NCBI GenBank assembly: GCA_963849615.1
Contig: CAWKIC010000056.1
Location: 6,074-70,073, forward strand
Reading direction: 5' to 3'
From: an uncultured Bacteroidales bacterium
GTDB taxonomy: Bacteria > Bacteroidota > Bacteroidia > Bacteroidales > VadinHA17
DNA length: 64,000 nt
Shown here: positions 60,765 through 64,000 of the stretch, piece after piece
Position numbering within the stretch: position 1 is the first letter of the stretch
How the letters are laid out: the number at the start of each line of letters is the position of its first letter
Made by a program: the position numbers and the translations under genes
Notes under the pieces: model-generated
The model's database searches: none
Told to the model about the DNA's origin: nothing
The model's input: only the letters and a program-made list of their open reading frames with translations

Positions 60765-60930
60765 CTCCCTGCGCGGTAACTCCGTGCGGCTTTCGGGAGG
60801 AAATGAGTTTCCGGTTTCCCGCAGATCACGCAGACCTGCCTGCCGGCAGGCAGGTTTGCGCAGATTAACCCCCATCAATGGCACTGTCATTGCGAGGAAG
60901 CATACATCGTAGGTCGACAAAGCAATCACC
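60765..60930. repeat. composite repeat: CGCAGAT words interrupted by the 20-bp palindrome, plus CATTGCGAGG...AAAGCAATC module
   Basis: TTTCCCGCAGATCACGCAGA is followed by CCTGCCTGCCGGCAGGCAGG (60835-60854) and then TTTGCGCAGATTAACCCCC. A CCTCCC...GGGAGG hairpin lies at 60765-60800. Confidence 0.75.
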
Positions 60931-61021
60931 TATTTACTGTAAATAAATTACTACTAAAATGACCTGACCTGTTCCGGATTTAAGATAATTTTTTATCTTG
61001 ACGCAAACTTTTTTTGACCCA

Positions 61022-62562
61022 ATGAAGAAATTTCTATTATGGTTCACACCGGGGCTAATTGCGGGGATCCTGATTATCCTTGGAGCGGGCAGTGCTATTA
61101 CCAAAACGTCAACAAACGAATACTGCATGTCGTGTCATATCCATCCCATGGCTGACGCTTCATGGAAAAAATCGGTTCATTATGATACTGAGTCGGGGTA
61201 CAGGGTAGCCTGCGCCGAGTGCCACCTCCCTCCAAAGGGACATGGGTACCTGTGGGCAAAAGGGAAGACAGGACTCCGCGACCTCTGGAGCTACTGGACA
61301 AAAGACTCTGCATCGTTCAACTGGGAAGACCGCAGAAGACTTGAAGTTGCACGGGGCTATACTTATGAAAGCTCCTGTATAAAATGCCATGAGAACCTGT
61401 TCCCCTCCAAACTGACAAAGGAAGGCGAAGATGCTCATCTTTATTATACTCAACAGGAAAAAACACCCGATCTTCATTGTATAAACTGCCATCTGAACTC
61501 AGGTCACTTTATAGAAGGTTATACGCACGGCAGCAATACCACATTCGGGTCAACATCATCTGCCCCAAAGGAAATATTTGTCGAACCCTCAACAGTAACT
61601 GAATTTAAAAACTTTACAGAAAAGATCCCCGCATCGACAGTTACATTTAATATGGTGGCTATTCCGGGCGGCACTTTTAAGATGGGAAGCCCGCCGGATG
61701 AACCATTCAGAAAAGAAGATGAAGGTCCTGTAAGGGAAGTTGAGCTGAGTCCTTTCTTCATGGCGGAGGTGGAAGTAACCTGGGATGAATACCTTGCATT
61801 TTATGTTCAGACAGCAGCCGAGGGGCGGTCGACCGATACCGAAGGGCTTGCGAAACCAGAACGCATCCGGCCAGGGAGTTGATGCGATCTCAGGTGCTAC
61901 ACCTCCTTATGGTCAGCCTGATCAGGGCTGGGGAATGGGACAGAGGCCGGCAATTTCTTTTTCATATCATGCTGCTGAAACCTACTGCAGGTGGTTGTCG
62001 CTGGTTACGGGTAAAACATACAGGCTGCCTACCGAGGCCGAATGGGAATATGCCTGCAGGGCAGGCGCACACCGGACCTTATTTCTTTGAGGGCGATCCT
62101 AAAAAATTCGAGAAGACAGGCTTAAGAGCCAGAATTTCAAAAAACGATACTGCGGTAATCAATTCATATGTGGTTTATAAGGGTAACAGCCCTTCCAAAA
62201 CACAGACTCCCGATTTCGTTAAACCTAATCCCTTTGGTCTGAAGAACATGCCGGGTAATGTCGCAGAATTTTGTGCCGACTGGTATCAGTCCGATGCTTA
62301 TTCACAATATCCCGACGGCGTCGTCAGGGATCCGAAGGGGCCGGAGACGGGTGAAGAACATGTAATCAGAGGAGGTACATTCATGAGTCCTGCAGGCTCC
62401 ATCAGAAGTGCTGCACGTGACTACACCAGAACCGAGGCCTGGTTGAAAACCGACCCGCAGATGCCCAAAAGTATCTGGTGGTACTCCGACTGTTTCAACG
62501 TGGGTTTCAGGGTGGTTTGCGAGTTTGATAACAAAACAGGGAATCCGGATCCTTCAAAGTGA
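61022..62562 (+). pseudogene. membrane-anchored tetrahaem NapC/NirT-type cytochrome c fused to FGE/SUMF1-type domain; two +1 frameshifts (about 61850-61880 and 62068-62073)
   Basis: It has an N-terminal TM helix and four CxxCH motifs (CMSCH, CAECH, CIKCH, CINCH). The FGE-sulfatase domain is spread over three frames: VAIPGGTFKMGSP...EVTWDEY; then [12 protein letters not shown]...[16 protein letters not shown]; then [10 protein letters not shown]...GNVAEFCADWY...IRGGTF...GFRVVCEF*. Confidence 0.75.
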
Positions 62563-62921
62563 TTTTTATGTTATTTGTATAGAAACACAAAAAGAAAATT
62601 GACGAAGGTGCTTGTTTTTGCCAAACAAGTTATATATATTGCGTGGCTTTTAACACTCTTTAACCCTCAACCGATTAAAAAGAACCTAACCTTAATCTGA
62701 AGATTTAAAGAAAAAGAAGTACAAATAAGTAAATTATAATGAGTGTAAGTTTTACACTTACTCTTATTATATATAATTTATTAATAATCTAAAACCTGGC
62801 ACCCGGAACTCCTGACCGGGAGAAATTAAATGCAGGAGACCTGAATGATAACCAATAACCAGTAAACAATTAAAACAATCCTAATATCTAACTTTTATTA
62901 ACCAACTAACAGTGTAACAGT

Positions 62922-64000
62922 ATGAAAAAAACTCCCAGCTGCTTTTGGTCCTTGCGGCCAGATGTAAATTTTCGCAGGCTGCTATTCCCTGTGAAAATTG
63001 TAGTTCTTCTTCTGTTCTGCGGCCTGGCGGTTCCCGCCTATACATTGGCTGCAGATATTCCTGCTGTGGAAGATCAGCAGGTCAGGGTTACGGGGACCGT
63101 TACCGATGTTGCAACCGGCGAGGCAATGCCGGGTGTTAACATTCAGGTAAAGGGAACCAGCCTTGGTGCAATCACCGACATCGATGGTAAGTATGAAATC
63201 GTTAATGTCGACAGGAATGCGACCCTTGTATTTTCATTTATCGGTTACGTAGCCCAGGAAGTTGCACTTGGCGGCAGAGTGGTGATCGATGTGACTCTTT
63301 CAGGCGACTTAACAGACCTCGATGAGGTCGTTGTTGTAGGTTATACAACTCAGAAACGTGCAAACGTTGTAGGATCTGTAACCTCCATTTCCGGCCAGAG
63401 TATCCAGTCTATTCCGTCTCCCACAGTTGCCACAGCTCTGTCGGGCCGGTTGCCTGGATCAGTAGTTATACAGCAGAACGGCGAGCCCGGTCAGTATGGA
63501 ACAAGAATTCTGGTTCGTGGCCGTAGTACTCTTGGAGGTGACAGAGCTGCCTTATCTTCTCAAACTAACCCTCTTGTTATTATTGACGGTGTTCCCGGAC
63601 GTTCAATGGATGAAATTGACCCCATGGATATTGAAAGCCTGTCTGTCCTTAAAGACGCTTCGGCTGCCATCTATGGAGCTCAGGCTGCAAACGGTGTTAT
63701 TCTTATAACAACTAAAAAAGGAACAGAAGGCACACCAAGGCTTAACTATCAGTTTTATCAAGGCTTCATGACACCGACTGTTATACCTGATGTAACCAAT
63801 GCAGCAGAGTATGCAACCATGCTTTCTGAATACCAGGTTGGAAAGGGTGCATCGAGGACATACTCAGATGCAGACATTGAATTATTCAAATCAGGTGCAG
63901 ATCCCTGGAGACATCCTGATACCGACTGGTACAGCGACCTTATTAAAAAATGGACAACTACTTTCAGGCATAACATTACAATTGACGGCGGAACAAGGGG
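62922..64000 (+). CDS. SusC/RagA-family TonB-dependent outer-membrane receptor, 3' end outside window
   Basis: This ORF is not in the supplied track because it has no in-window stop. My hand translation from ATG 62922 is stop-free to base 64000. It shows a signal peptide, a carboxypeptidase-regulatory-like domain (VTGTVTDVATGEAMPGVNIQVKGTSLGAITDIDGKYEI), then DEVVVVGYTTQKRANVVGSVTSISG and a plug (NPLVIIDGVPG...IESLSVLKDASAAIYGAQAANGVILITTKKG). Confidence 0.87.
   Translation, partial: MKKTPSCFWSLRPDVNFRRLLFPVKIVVLLLFCGLAVPAYTLAADIPAVEDQQVRVTGTVTDVATGEAMPGVNIQVKGTSLGAITDIDGKYEIVNVDRNATLVFSFIGYVAQEVALGGRVVIDVTLSGDLTDLDEVVVVGYTTQKRANVVGSVTSISGQSIQSIPSPTVATALSGRLPGSVVIQQNGEPGQYGTRILVRGRSTLGGDRAALSSQTNPLVIIDGVPGRSMDEIDPMDIESLSVLKDASAAIYGAQAANGVILITTKKGTEGTPRLNYQFYQGFMTPTVIPDVTNAAEYATMLSEYQVGKGASRTYSDADIELFKSGADPWRHPDTDWYSDLIKKWTTTFRHNITIDGGTR

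Noticed and set aside
11340-62073. Programmed ribosomal frameshifting or genuine pseudogene decay as the explanation for the split genes.
   Set aside because: No shared slippery heptamer or downstream structure is visible at the sites. The flanking coding sequence is otherwise intact in every gene, and eight of nine events are one-base insertions. Assembly error is more parsimonious, but the alternatives cannot be excluded without reads.

Overview
This is 64 kb of a Bacteroidota-type chromosome. It carries the frr-pyrH and tsf-rpsB-rpsI-rplM blocks, TonB, a SusC-type receptor, GH2 enzymes, and FISUMP and lamin-tail proteins. I call about 55 protein genes, 2 tRNAs (Ala-GGC, Glu-UUC), 2 intrinsic terminators and 13 intergenic repeat loci. 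I see no integrase, transposase, CRISPR array, rRNA or recognisable defence operon. Four things deserve attention. (1) Most large intergenic spacers hold variants of one architecture: long imperfect hairpins whose arms are arrays of a 7-8 nt word (CACAAAGG, CGCAAAG, CGCAGAT, CACAGAGG, CAGCAAC) spaced about one helical turn apart. One copy carries a GxxExxY (PD-(D/E)XK-like) gene in its loop. A 20-bp perfect palindrome shows a filled site versus an empty site between two copies. (2) Eight genes, including purD, carry nine frame disruptions, at least eight of them single extra bases. This looks more like insertion-biased assembly error than biology, and it changes the gene calls. (3) There are two unusual domain fusions: a membrane tetrahaem NapC/NirT cytochrome fused to an FGE/SUMF1 domain directly upstream of SusC, and a secreted nucleoside-hydrolase domain fused to an FmdE domain. 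(4) An inverton-like pair of hairpin modules at 31.75-32.23 kb encloses a stem-closed segment upstream of a cation-transporter-like gene. All functional calls rest on motif recognition by eye; no database search was possible.
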